DNA of 64,000 bases. It comes from Rhizophagus irregularis (Eukaryota). Below the pieces are notes generated by a model, which had not been told where the DNA came from, searched no databases, and was given only the letters and a program-made list of their open reading frames with translations. The DNA is taken from NCBI RefSeq assembly GCF_026210795.1, contig NC_089430.1, forward strand, positions 2,604,001 to 2,668,000. Direction: 5' to 3'. How positions within the stretch are numbered: the first letter of the stretch is position 1; each line of letters begins with the position of its first letter. Made by a program: the position numbers and the translations under genes. Below, piece by piece: positions 13,495 through 25,647 of this stretch.

Positions 13495-13980
13495 GTACTG
13501 GGCAGATTCTGATTTTAACAATAAACTCCATATCCTTTAAGAAAAAGTAGAAAAAGTTTTCATAGCAAGTCGTCTTTGTGACAAGTTGCTGTTAGAAATT
13601 ACAATGCTTTGATCGCATTACCTCGTTTAATTATTAATGTATTTAGATATAACTTCAAAAATATATAAAAAAGTGCTATGCCGATTTGTATGACGACGTC
13701 ACTTCTGCTCCACAAAAAAAGTCTCCAAAGCTCAACATGTGCACACATTTTCATTTTCATTGCTAAGAAATCAAATTATTTTTACTATTTGACGACCTCG
13801 CATTTTGTTGTTGATTGATTAGTGAGTGTACTACGATCAATAATCTGATCCTATTCTAATAGCCTAAATAGGGTTAATTGACGCATAACGTACAGTCGTA
13901 CATGTCTAATATTATGTCTAATATACATATCAGATAATCAGAACTGATTCTCTCACACTTCACTCACTTATTTTTCTAAA

Positions 13981-16900
13981 ATGCAAATTTACGGACTTTG
14001 TTTTATTGTTGAACAGGAAATAAAACCGATTCCTTTACAAAATGTTACTGTTGAAGCTAATAGTAAGTTCATGTTGATTATAACTTATTTTTCAATTTTT
14101 TTTTATAATGATGTTCCAAAATTGATTAAATCCATTAATTGCCAATTTTTTTTAAAGTCGTTGATATGATCGCTGAAGGTACGTCAAATTTATATAAATG
14201 ATATTATGATTATTCATTGTGGTTTTTTTTATTTATTTTTTCTTTTTTTATTAGTTACGATCAGCCAGGCATATAAAAATATTGAAAAAGACACTATTGA
14301 AGCGCTCTATAAGTTCCCTATCTATGAAGCCGCAGCAATCTGCGGGTTTGAAGCAGAAATTGATGGTCAAAGAAAAGTAAAGGGTATCGTAAAAGAAGCA
14401 AAAGAGGCTGCGAAAGAGTATACTGAAGCAATTCAGGTAATATCAAATTTAAAATAATTTCAAAATATTATTTAATATAATTAACTTTCATTTTCTTAAA
14501 TGATTAGGAAGGACATGGTGCTTATTTGTTAGAATCTGAATCCGAAGATGTGTTTCAATGTTCTGTTGGAAATATTACATCGGAACAAACTGTAGTCATT
14601 AAGATTACATATGTTACCGAACTTAAACATGATTCTGAATCAGAAAAAATTCGATTTGTCCTACCAACTAATATCGCTCCAAGATATGGTTCTTCAGAAT
14701 ACTCGTCATCTTCAAATGATGGAAAAATTCTTAATCCTGATGTTGTATCTTATTCTGATAAAGCAGATTTTTATTTAGAACTTGCTGTTACTTGTAGAAT
14801 GACTTCAGCTATTCAAAATATTGAATCACCTTCACATAAAATTTCTACTGAAATGAATATTGACGGAAATCCTAAAATTTCTAAAATTACTTTGACCGAA
14901 CAAATTACTTATTTAGAAAAAGATTTTATTCTTGTTGTTAAGAGTAAGGACCTTGATCAACCACGGTAAATATTTCACGTAATTATTTTTTGTTTAATTA
15001 CTATAATTAAATTATTTAAATTTATTTCAGAGCTTTTGTTGAGTATGATCCTGAACTACAAACTAATTGTATTATGTTAACTTTGGTTCCAAAATTTTCA
15101 TTAAATACTACTATATCCGAATTAGTTTTTGTTGTTGATAGGTATGTTATAACTCAACTACAAATTGAAATTTTCTGTTCAATTAATAAAAAAAAATGTT
15201 TTAAACAGATCAGGATCAATGGATATTGAACCTATGAAGAAAGCCGCACAAGCACTTGAATTATTATTACGTTCCCTTCCTGAAGATTGTTATTTTAATG
15301 TAGTATCTTTTGGATCTGATTATGATTCTCTTTTTCCAAAAAGTGAACTTTACTCTGAAACATCTTTATCTAAAGCTCTTAATCTTGCTCAAACAATGAA
15401 ATCAAATTATGGGGGAACAGAAGTTTATAATGTATTAGAATGGGTATTTAAAAATTCAAGAGATGATATGCCAACTTCTATATTTCTTATTACAGATGGA
15501 GAAGTTTGGAATGTTGATCAAATTGTAGAACTTGTAAGTAAACATGAAGAAGAAAAGAACGATGATTTACGTCTTTTTTCGTTAGGAATTGGTGATTCTG
15601 TTTCTCATAATTTAGTTGAATCTGTTGCTCGTGCTGGTAAAGGATATGCTCAATTTGTAACAAATGATGAAAGAATGGATAAAAAAGTCATTGGAATGTT
15701 AAAAAATGCATTAAAACCACCAATTAAGGATTATAATATTACTTGGACTGAGGTCAATTTATTGGATGAAAAAGAATTAGATATGACTCCAATTGAAGTA
15801 GATAAACCTACTATTAGTTTTATGAGTGATGACAATATGGAACCACCATCACCACCACCAAGTGATATATTTTCTGATATTAAAGTTCAACAAGCTCCAT
15901 ATATTATTCCACCCATTTATTCTGGAGTTCGATTTATTGTCTATTGTATTTTAGAAAAAAATATTGAACCATGTAAAGTTATTACTTTAAAAGCTACTTC
16001 TCAAGATGGCCCTATGAAACTTGATATTCCTTTAGATACAGTTACTTTACAAGGTTCAAAGGTTCATAGATTAGCGGCAAGGAAACTGATTCAAGATCTT
16101 AATGATGAAAAATCATTTATTCATAAACATCCTAAAAATGCTAATAAACATATTCCAGATTCATTAGTTAAAGGACATATTGTTAAACTTGGTAAAACCT
16201 TTAATTTAGCCTCGAAATATACAAGGTATAAAATTCATTTAATTATATTTACGATTAATTTATTTTGTATATTACCTATTAATTATAATTTTTTATAGTT
16301 TCATTGCAACTGATGAGCGAAATAATGAAAGTTTATCCGAGGCTCAAATAATTCCACAGAAAAGAGAAGTCCCTCAATTAATTACATCGTATAGAACGGT
16401 ACACAATTTGAGTTCATTTAGCATGAGTTCCGTAATGGGTAAAAATTAGTATTTGTATATTTTTATTTATTTATTTTTTTTTTAAAAAAAAGAAAACAAT
16501 TAATAACATTAATTTAATTTATTCATATTCACTAAGTGCAAAGTTTCTGTATGTTTGTTTTATAATTTTATTTATTTAATGGATTGAAATAATGACACTC
16601 ACTTAAATTAATCGAATATTTATATGATTTATTAGTGGTTAGTTCAGAAGATCTAGTTGAAGAGTTAGTATACAAGTTCATTTATGTTCTTATAATATGA
16701 GGATGATAACTAATATTTTTTTTTTCAAAATTTTTTTGTTTCAAGAAGTCCACAAGCATCGCAACAGGAAGTTAATGTTATTCATCAAGAACCAAAAATT
16801 GAAAATTTATTCGAATTTTTGGGATTACAATCATTTGATGGTAAATTCTTACCTAATAAAACATTTTATGAGTTTTTTTATAAAAATTATTTAGATGGTT

Positions 16901-17157
16901 TTAATAACTTTAAACAAGAAATTGAAAAAGAATTAAGTGAATTAAGTGAAAAGGAAATTGAAGAAATATTAACTAGTTGTATTGCTATTGCTTATTTGAA
17001 AATTGTTATGTTTGATGATTTTAAAGATGAATGTGAAATGTGTTATGAAAAAGCTGAAAAAGTTTTTAAGAAAATGATTGGAAATAATGAAAAAGAAAAA
17101 ATTATTATTGAAAAAGCTGAAGAATGGATTAAAAATTGGGTCAATAATAGTGATTAA
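13981..17157 (+). CDS. VIT-vWA (VWA5A-like) protein, array copy 3
   Basis: ATG at 13981, conserved exons and MIDAS. The linker is encoded by the end of exon 16299-16438 plus microexons 16537-16548 (12 nt) and 16636-16663 (28 nt). Last exon 16746-17157 is in frame. Confidence 0.9.
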
Positions 17158-17425
17158 GGGTGATCAATCTGTTATTTGTTGTATTAGTTTTATTTTTTGT
17201 GTATTTTTTTATATTTAGTTAGTATATTAGTATACTTGTTATGATTATCTTTATATTAAATTTGAAACATGTGAATTAAATTTGATATGTTGGCCTATCG
17301 CGGATAGGATAGTCGCAGATCGAAACGTTGCATTTGCTTTTTGTATCACAAAATCGATAGTCACGTTATTAATCACTTTTTTGTGCAATGTGTGTGTGTG
17401 GATCTCTAATTTTTTTTTATCTGAT

Positions 17426-18900
17426 ATGGCTGCTATTAGAAACGAGACTGTTTTGGCTGCAATTATTAGAGCTAGTGCATTAACAGATCCTAATATTCAC
17501 AATGACATAACCAAACTATATGAATTTCGAAAACAAACACTTCTTGATGATGAATCTCTTACAGCAGATGAAAGAACGGAAGCAATAAAAAAATTAACAA
17601 TAAATTATGATCATAATAAACTTTTATTTAATGAAGGAACGAAAAGACGATGTGAAAATTGTTCTTTAGAATGTTTGGCAACGTCATATTGTGAACATTG
17701 TGTTCGAAACTATTTAAAAAATAATTTTTCAAATTGGACATCTGGAAATAGTGACATTGATGATTTAATAAAAGAATGTCAAATAAAATCATTTCGCCCA
17801 GATAAATTGATTGAATGGATACCATAGAAAAATTTACAAAATATTGAATATATGACTAAAGGTGGATGCAATAAAATTTATTCAGCAAATTGGATTAGTG
17901 AAGAATATGTCAAATGGAATTCTAAAGAACGACAATTAACATTTAAAGTAGTACTTAAAGAATTAGGAAATATTGAAGCTGCTAATAGAAGTTGGTTTGA
18001 TGAGGTTTATATCTGTTTTGAATTTATTTATAAATTTTTTTTTTTATTAATTAATAACTTATTAATATTGTATAAAATATTTATAGGCAAAATCACATTT
18101 GATATTAAGTAACAAATATACAGACTTTGTAGGATGTTGTGGTTTAACTCAAGATTCATCAAGTGGAAATTATATGCTTGTAATGCATTTATTGGATATG
18201 GATTTAAGAAAATATTTACAAAAGCATCAATGTACATGGGAAGAAAAAATACATGTAGTCTGGCATTTAATTGTGGCACTTCGTAGAATTCATTACAATG
18301 ATGCAATTCATCGAGATTTACATTCTGGAAATGTTTTATATTCACAATAGAAACTCTTTATTATAAAATTCAAAAAATGTGGCACGATATTCAAAATGGT
18401 AAATTTAATACTTCGGAATATAATGATTCGTCTCAAATTCAATCAAATTCAAATTCTAATCTATATTTGTTATCAATGAGTAAATTTTATCAATTTGAAA
18501 ATTTACCGGAACCAAAAAATGCAACTGAAGGTAAGCAAATAAGTTAATTATTTAATTTGGTAATTATTTTCCTTTATATTAATAATGTCAATTTAAATAA
18601 TTTAAATGAACAGGAGAACAAGAAGGTAAATAATTATAATATCATTTTCGTAATACGTAATTTTTTATAACCTTTCTTATAACAATTTATTTAAATATAT
18701 TAACTCTAAATAATTTTTTTATAGAATTTCCTAGCAAACCTTACGATTTTGAAATACCCAATAATAGTGAGTTTATTTGAAAATAGTAATATTCTTTTTT
18801 TTAAAAACAAAATTTCTATGCTTAATTATTTTTTATATTTTATTAGTTTGAAGATTTGTAATTCAGCAAAAAAGATCAAGATGAACTTAGATTTATTTGA
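17426..18900 (+). pseudogene. TKL-type protein kinase pseudogene (Cys-rich N-terminus)
   Basis: Paralog of the kinases at 37729 and 62108. In-frame TAG at 17825-17827 replaces the Tyr of WIPY. After HRDLHSGNVLYSQ* most of the C-lobe (DFG to APE to DxWS region) is deleted. The NLPEPKNATE tail and small tail exons are retained. Confidence 0.88.
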
Positions 18901-19647
18901 AGATATTATTCAATAGCAACTTGACATGGCATGTACAAAAATGTTTCGTCGAAGAATACTTCATAGATTTTCTGCGATCTTTGCTAGTTTGTAAGCATCC
19001 TATTTTAAAACCTTTAATCACCAACAAACATTAATGCGGTTAATCAGAAAGGCACCAACAAAAATTTACGTTCATACGACTATATTACTGCTAAATAATT
19101 ATTATATAGTTTTGTTTAGTATCAGTAGGTAGCTTTTCGACTATATCTTTGTGTACTCCTCAATTCTTGTCTTTATACTAAAAATAAGAAAAAATAATAA
19201 ACGACTACTATTTATTGATTAGATATGGATTACTAAAGTTTCAAGTATCTAAATTATGTTTTTTATTTAGGCACGTCACTATGTTAGTATATTTATACTT
19301 AGTAAGGGTTAAGGGATGAATTAATAAGCTGGGCCGGAAAATAAAGATGCGCATGCGCAATATGTCATGTCACTTACATCGCACGCCCCTATTCTTCGGC
19401 AAGAATTTTTCCTTGTACTGTGCATTTCAGGCCGATCGATTTCCTCACATGACGAAGTTTCCCGCCTCGCTTTATGCTTTCACGCTTACTATTGGGATTT
19501 TATTCTGATAAGCCTCCCAACATTCAAGACGATAAGTTCGTTTTCCATAATATGCAGAGTATGTGATCGCCTTTTCGAAATCATAATTTTATCATATAAG
19601 CCACATGCAATTCAAGTACCAAGTCATTGAATAAGCAAACTTAAAGA

Positions 19648-20068
19648 TCTACAAGGTTAATCCTTTTCGATCAATAAACTCTCTAAATTTATATATCCGA
19701 TCACGATTAATAATATTCTTGAGTTTTCTAATATCATTATACCAACCAGTACTATGAAGCCGATGTTGTGCTCCTTGGACCTCCAATGCAATTCGATAAT
19801 GTTAGAAAAAGGCATCAAGTTTTAATCCTTCCATAAAAGATGGCCGATATTCAACCACAGGCTCCTCATTAAGAAGTATCTGGGCTATTAGAATACATTT
19901 TTTCTGAAATTTGTGATTTTTCTTAGATTCTAATTCTTTTTTAAGTTCATCTATATCCTGTTCCAATTTCACAACTCTAGCTCTAAGTTCAACATTCTCG
20001 GCAACAGTATCTGTCCTATTTTTCTCCAACTCACCGATTCTGCTCTTGAGTTCAGTGTTCTCTTCCAT
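19648..20068 (-). pseudogene. Coiled-coil plus Vsr/DUF559-like PD-(D/E)XK-fold nuclease remnant
   Basis: Reading through one in-frame TAA (19802-19804) gives ...EYRPSFMEGLKLDAFF*HYRIALEVQGAQHRLHSTGWY..., a D...ExxGxxH motif, preceded by heptad repeats. Confidence 0.6.
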
Positions 20069-20779
20069 AGCCTGTCTTCCGTATTTTTTATGTAAAGCAT
20101 AGAACTATTCAAATTTTGATCTGTAGGTTAGTACACATTGATGTCCGTGCAAAAAACATATTTTTCGATGTACACTCTACATCACAATAAAAAATCATTC
20201 TTGATATCCATGTATGACTTTTGCTTTGAATGTTTTATTGATACAGAAAATAAAATATATGATTGTTGTGATAAGATTTGCAGAAATTTTTCGATAATCC
20301 AACTATTTATACCAACAAATTATCCCAACAATAACTCATGATCCGTTTTTCATTTATCCCAATCATCGATATACTGGATAAACAAAAATGTGCTGTTAGT
20401 GTCAACTATTCCTATGGACTCCTTAACCATTCTTCCCTTTCAAGCTCACGAACAATTTTCTCTTGTCCTGGCAAAAACAAGATATGTTCAGCTGTGCTAT
20501 ATTTTTATATTTTTTAACTCCATCCGCTAATGTGAGCAACTCACTTCCAGTTGTATTAGCAGAAATATGTATTAGTTTCAGACGTAGACATAGCGCTTTA
20601 TGGGGTATTAAGTTCAAATAAAAAATATGTTACGTTCATAAAACAGGTTGACCTATCATGATTTATTTTCGGCAGCACAATTACATTACACTGTATATTA
20701 AAAAGAATTTTTTCTTATATTTGGCAGCACAGTTACATTACACGATTAAAAAGAATTTTTTCTTATAAACAGCTAAAAT

Positions 20780-21565
20780 TTCTTCTCAACAACCATTATT
20801 AGTCTTCTTGAATATAACTTGACATGTCGCTCTTATCCTCAACAGAATTTATGCCTTCTTTCTTGTGATATTGTTTGTCAGGTTTAACCGGGTGTGGAGG
20901 AAGTCTACCTGATAACTTAGACTTAGATACTCCATCATTATCTTCATCCTGTAATTACTTGATCATATTTGCTATATTGATCAAACTTTCCTGAACAACA
21001 TAGAGAGAAGTTAATAAGTAAGAAAGAGCATCTGCAAAAACAGTTAAAATATACTTTTAAATCCCAGAGCAAGGCCACAAAATCAAAAAAGTATTTTTTC
21101 TGCTCTTCATAGCAGATCGGAACAATTGCTTTATATGTATGCTTCCATTATAAAATTCCTCGAGCATGGTTGTACATTTGCCAAAGTTCAATTTTGTCTT
21201 CTATAAATACAAATAAAAATAAATAAACTTTTTGGTATCAGTAAACCACAAATCCAAATAATACTTACTATGAGTATACACAAAAAAGACACGTGTATTG
21301 GCAAATAACTTTGGTGATGCTTTTGATATCTCTCACCAATCTCTTCAAGCATATACATATTTCCTAAAAGTCATTTAATACATCCGTCCTAAGTAAATTG
21401 TGGAATCTCTCAGTGGCCATATCTGCTCATTTCTAAATGCCCGATCTCAATATGTGATCTTTGTAAGCGTGCTAGAAATCTACCATCCACTTTTTGCTCA
21501 AGGGGTTCACATTTTCGCCAATTGTAGCAGTATTTGATAGATAATAAGACAATCTCTTCTCTAAA
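20780..21565 (-). pseudogene. Decayed multi-exon gene with a restriction-endonuclease-like motif
   Basis: Minus-strand translation is EEIVLLSIKYCYNWRKCEPLEQKVDGRFLARLQRSHIEIGHLEMSRYGH* (KxDG...ExGxxExS), with several TGA/TAG stops. Confidence 0.45.
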
Positions 21566-22479
21566 AAAAAAAGGTTTATATTATAGTTGTATATCATATA
21601 ATAATATAAAAAGTAAAAAAATATATTTACAATTCATAAAGCAAGTGATCTGTAAGAAGTTCTCTAAGACAAGGATCAATTATATATGTAATTATGTATA
21701 GTTAAGCGTTTAAGAAAGATGGAGAATATATTGCAGCTCGTCATTATAATGATTAGCATGATCACGAAGTTTTTTATACTCGTAAAATTGCCATAAAAAA
21801 CTTAGAAAATAACATAATTTCAATGTTATACGAAGGAAATAATATTTTTAATACAATATTTTAGTATTTTTATACGCGTTTTTATACCTAACTTTTATAA
21901 TATTAATTTCACTGATTTTTATTTAAATTGTATTTGATATTGATAATATTAATATTTCAATTGTAACTTATATAATTAATAAAATTCTTTACAACTTTAT
22001 TCTTTATTTATATAAAAGTATTATCAAATATAAGCTACTGGTCTCCATTTTTTGTATTCCGTTTAATTGACTCTGCTAACACATGTTTCTTTTTAATTGT
22101 TCTTTTTCTACGAGGTGGTATAGTTTGTGGATCTATATTTTCTATATTTTCAAAAGAACTTGTCTTGATTTAATCTTTTACTACCATTATTATTACTTTT
22201 TCTTCTTTGTATAAACATTACTGCACTTTTATTTGTTTATTATTTTTAACTTGCCAACTCTTATAATATTTTCTTATTATTTTATAAAAATAAAGATCCC
22301 TCTTGAATATTTGTATTTCTAGCTTTTTGATATACTAATAAAAACCTTTTTAACATATAATGAAAGTTTGGATCTCCATTTTTAATATCTGTATTAACTT
22401 TATCATCCATTCTTTTGATAAATCAAAATCTAATGCATTATCATACGGAAAGTCCAAGTACATATTATTTATTAATGTT

Positions 22480-23200
22480 TATTTATAATTTTATTTATTT
22501 AACGGATTAAACAATAATATCCATGAAAAAAATCCTTAAATAAAAAAATAAAATATTAACGAAATCTTTATATAATTTATTTAGTTAGTAATTTCGGTGG
22601 AGTTAAATGAGTTAGTCCAAAATTAGTGAAAAAGCATAGGTTTGTTTATATTATAATATGAGAATTATCATTGATATGTATTATTGAAAAAATGAATTTT
22701 TTTTTCAATGTATTGTAGAAAAGATAGAAAAAAGGAATTAATGAAACTAAGAGTTTTTCTGCCAGCATCACCAGCATCATCAGTATCACATATTGAAAAT
22801 TTATCCAAATCTTTAGGATCACAATTATCCAATAATAATGAATTGTTACCAAAGAAAGTTAATGTTAATTATAAAGAGCCAAAAATTGAAAATTTATTTG
22901 AATTTTTAGGATTACAATCATTTAATGGTAAATTTTTATCAGATAAATCATTTTATGAATATTTTTATAAAAATGATTTAAATGATTTTATTAACTTAAA
23001 ACAAGAAATTGAAAAAGAAATTAAGTAAATTAAGTAAAAGAAATATTAAGTAATTGTATTGCTATTGCTTATTATGTTTGATAATTTTAAAGATGAATGT
23101 GAAATGTATTATGAAAAAGTTGAAAAAGTTTTAAAAAAAATGATTGGAAATAATGAAAAAGAAAATATTATTATTGAAAAAGCATTAAAAATTGGATTAA
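22480..23200 (+). pseudogene. 3' remnant of a VIT-vWA gene (linker plus C-terminal helical domain only)
   Basis: ...KVNVNYKEPKIENLFEFLGLQSFNGKF...KQEIEKEIK* followed by deletions and frameshifts. The upstream intron resembles the copy 3 and 4 linker introns. No VIT or vWA exons are seen upstream. Confidence 0.85.
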
Positions 23201-23764
23201 ATAATAATAGATAAGGAAAAGCATAAATTTGTTAGAATTTAAATATTTGAATATTATTTTTATTATTTGGAATATTATATATTAACATATTAACATAAAG
23301 TTGGTTATACATACATACTATAGTTTATACATTTACATTAAATAAAAAAAATTTAACATATATTAAGTTAATAAGGTACTTCACTTAATAATTAATTAAA
23401 ATGATGATATTAAATTTGTTGGTAAAAATAAAAAATCAAATTACTTTCTTTTTGTCAGCTATAATTCCATTAATTTAATAATTTAATAGTAGATTTAATA
23501 ACAATATTCTTTAAATATTCAATAAATGCAATATTATTTGTTATCGTTCAGCCAAAATAGGATCATGCAGATTTTCATAGACCGATATTTTTATTAGCCA
23601 TAGCAATAACACATGATTGATATAATAAAGTGCGAGTAAAAAAATGGCGCAAATGAATATTTTGTAGGAAAAGTTTAAATAAAGCTTATAAAAATGAAAT
23701 TTATGATGTTATTAATTAATGCATGATCAAAAACGTCAGAACGATAACACTTTTATTGGATGTC

Positions 23765-24045
23765 TATCGGTCACAGGGCCCTTCATTAGTCCTGTTCAAA
23801 ATCGTTTGGTCGCATTTTTTGGTCGGTTGTGGTTTAATTTGATTGGCCGGATCTTCTTGCATTTGTTTGCGCCACCGATCTTTTAGACCAATATTTTTTT
23901 ATGTTTTTTGGATCGAACTTTTTCTACCAATAAGATTGCTTTATTCCTAACTGATCGAAAAATGATTTTGAACAGGGCTATTTATTGGTGAAAATGGCCA
24001 CTACGTGGCCCATTTTCATCCAATCATTCGGTCCTGTGACCGATA
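23765..24045. mobile_element. Nested elements: a 194-bp TIR MITE (23787-23980) inside a short foldback element
   Basis: Inner TIRs tagtcctgttcaaaatc / gattttgaacagggcta. Outer TIRs tatcggtcacagggcc / ggtcctgtgaccgata, plus an internal hairpin tgaaaatggccac-tac-gtggcccattttca. Confidence 0.75.
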
Positions 24046-25344
24046 TAGCTACTCCCCATGTATTTGTAAATTAGATATTTCAAAGCCTAATAAGTTCCAG
24101 AAATATATATATACAGTATGTGTAAGTAAAGTTATGCAGTGTAAGGTTTTGATTTGTGTAGAGTTTGTAGAGTTTGTATATAGTCAGATTACATATTTTT
24201 ATAAAATTGGCATTTAATATACCACTTTTTGCATGTTATCTAACTACCGTTCGTTATATTGATATGATATACTGATATACACATTATTGATATCTAACAA
24301 ATAAATTTATTTATATATATATTTGTATTACTATAATTTATTAATTATACATCTCATTTTTTTTTAACACATATAGTTAAGCTTTAATATAATAATACAT
24401 CAGGATCTTGATGGTATATATATAAAACTATCAACATAGAAATCAGAAATTTTTAAATTTTAAGTACATGTTCTATCAAGTTTATTACTATTCTCATAAG
24501 AAACCCATGTGAGGAAACCAAATAAGCATTGGCTATGACTACATTATTATTACATTATCGCATTAGTAATTGTATCTGATATTATTAAGAGAACCTTTGT
24601 TTATGATCGGTTTGTCCGTGGCGCAGCATATGATCGTCAATGATCATTATTTTTTGGCCGATGAGAATCATTATAAAGAATATACAAAATTGAGAAATAT
24701 AAATTTAGAAAGACTAGAAAGTAATGAAATCTGGAAAAGAATATATGAACTGATAGAGAATAGTGATAAAGAGATATAAAGAATTATGTAATGAAAAGCA
24801 TTAGATACAGTTAAAAATAATAAAGCAGCTGATTTAAATGGTATACCATATAAATTGTTGAAAATACAGCAAAGAAGTTTTTAGATTGTAATTGGTTTAC
24901 TTATGAATCAATGTATGATTCAATCAGTAGTATTATGCTTGAAAAAGTCTACAAAGAACAAACATCATTTATATTTTGTCTAATGATAGTAATAATAATT
25001 TATTTTAAATGTTATAAATTCAAGTTTTATTTTATTTTTAATTATTTATTATAAGGAAATACGAGCATTCTTATTTTTTTTTTTAAAAAAAAATTTTTTT
25101 TACAATTATGAAAGTGATCGCTACTTCAAAAGTATTTTTTTGTAATAAAGTTAAATTAAATATAATTAACAACTTTGCTTATAATATAAAAGGCAGATTA
25201 ATTATTGAAAAAAAAATCTTTACTTAAAAGCATGTTTGCATAACTATAATAGCGAATTATAGGTAGTCCAATACTTTAGTGTATTATATATTATAAAATT
25301 ATATCTTTTTTAAAATGAAATTTACAATACATAAATTCCTCTTA

Positions 25345-25647
25345 CTAATATTTATTACAATAAGTTTCACTAACACATATGCCATCATCAAGACAAGCAT
25401 GACTACAGTCACATAACCAATGAGGTCGTGTTGATTTGAGACATTTGCTTGGAAACGCATAATTAGTGAATTTATCGTTACAATCATCGTCTGTATGACA
25501 TCCATAAACACATGTGCCCATCGTTCCTGATACTGTTGAACGTACATATCCTTGTGGACAACTTGGGCTCTTGGGAACTTCCTGAGTGTTGCATATAAAA
25601 AAGATGGTGAAGGCAAGGATTAGGATTGGAAAGATTCGATTGTGCAT
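25345..25647 (-). CDS. Small secreted cysteine-rich protein (100 aa), candidate effector or antimicrobial
   Basis: Intronless ORF MHNRIFPILILAFTIFFICNT-QEVPKSPSCPQGY...YCNKY. Hydrophobic signal-peptide-like N-terminus, 10 Cys in the mature part, TATAAAA about 85 bp upstream. Confidence 0.75.
   Translation of the reverse strand: MHNRIFPILILAFTIFFICNTQEVPKSPSCPQGYVRSTVSGTMGTCVYGCHTDDDCNDKFTNYAFPSKCLKSTRPHWLCDCSHACLDDGICVSETYCNKY

Noticed and set aside
25299..25616. 105-aa overlapping ORF
   Set aside because: Alternative-frame shadow of the Cys-rich secreted protein, with a non-ATG start.
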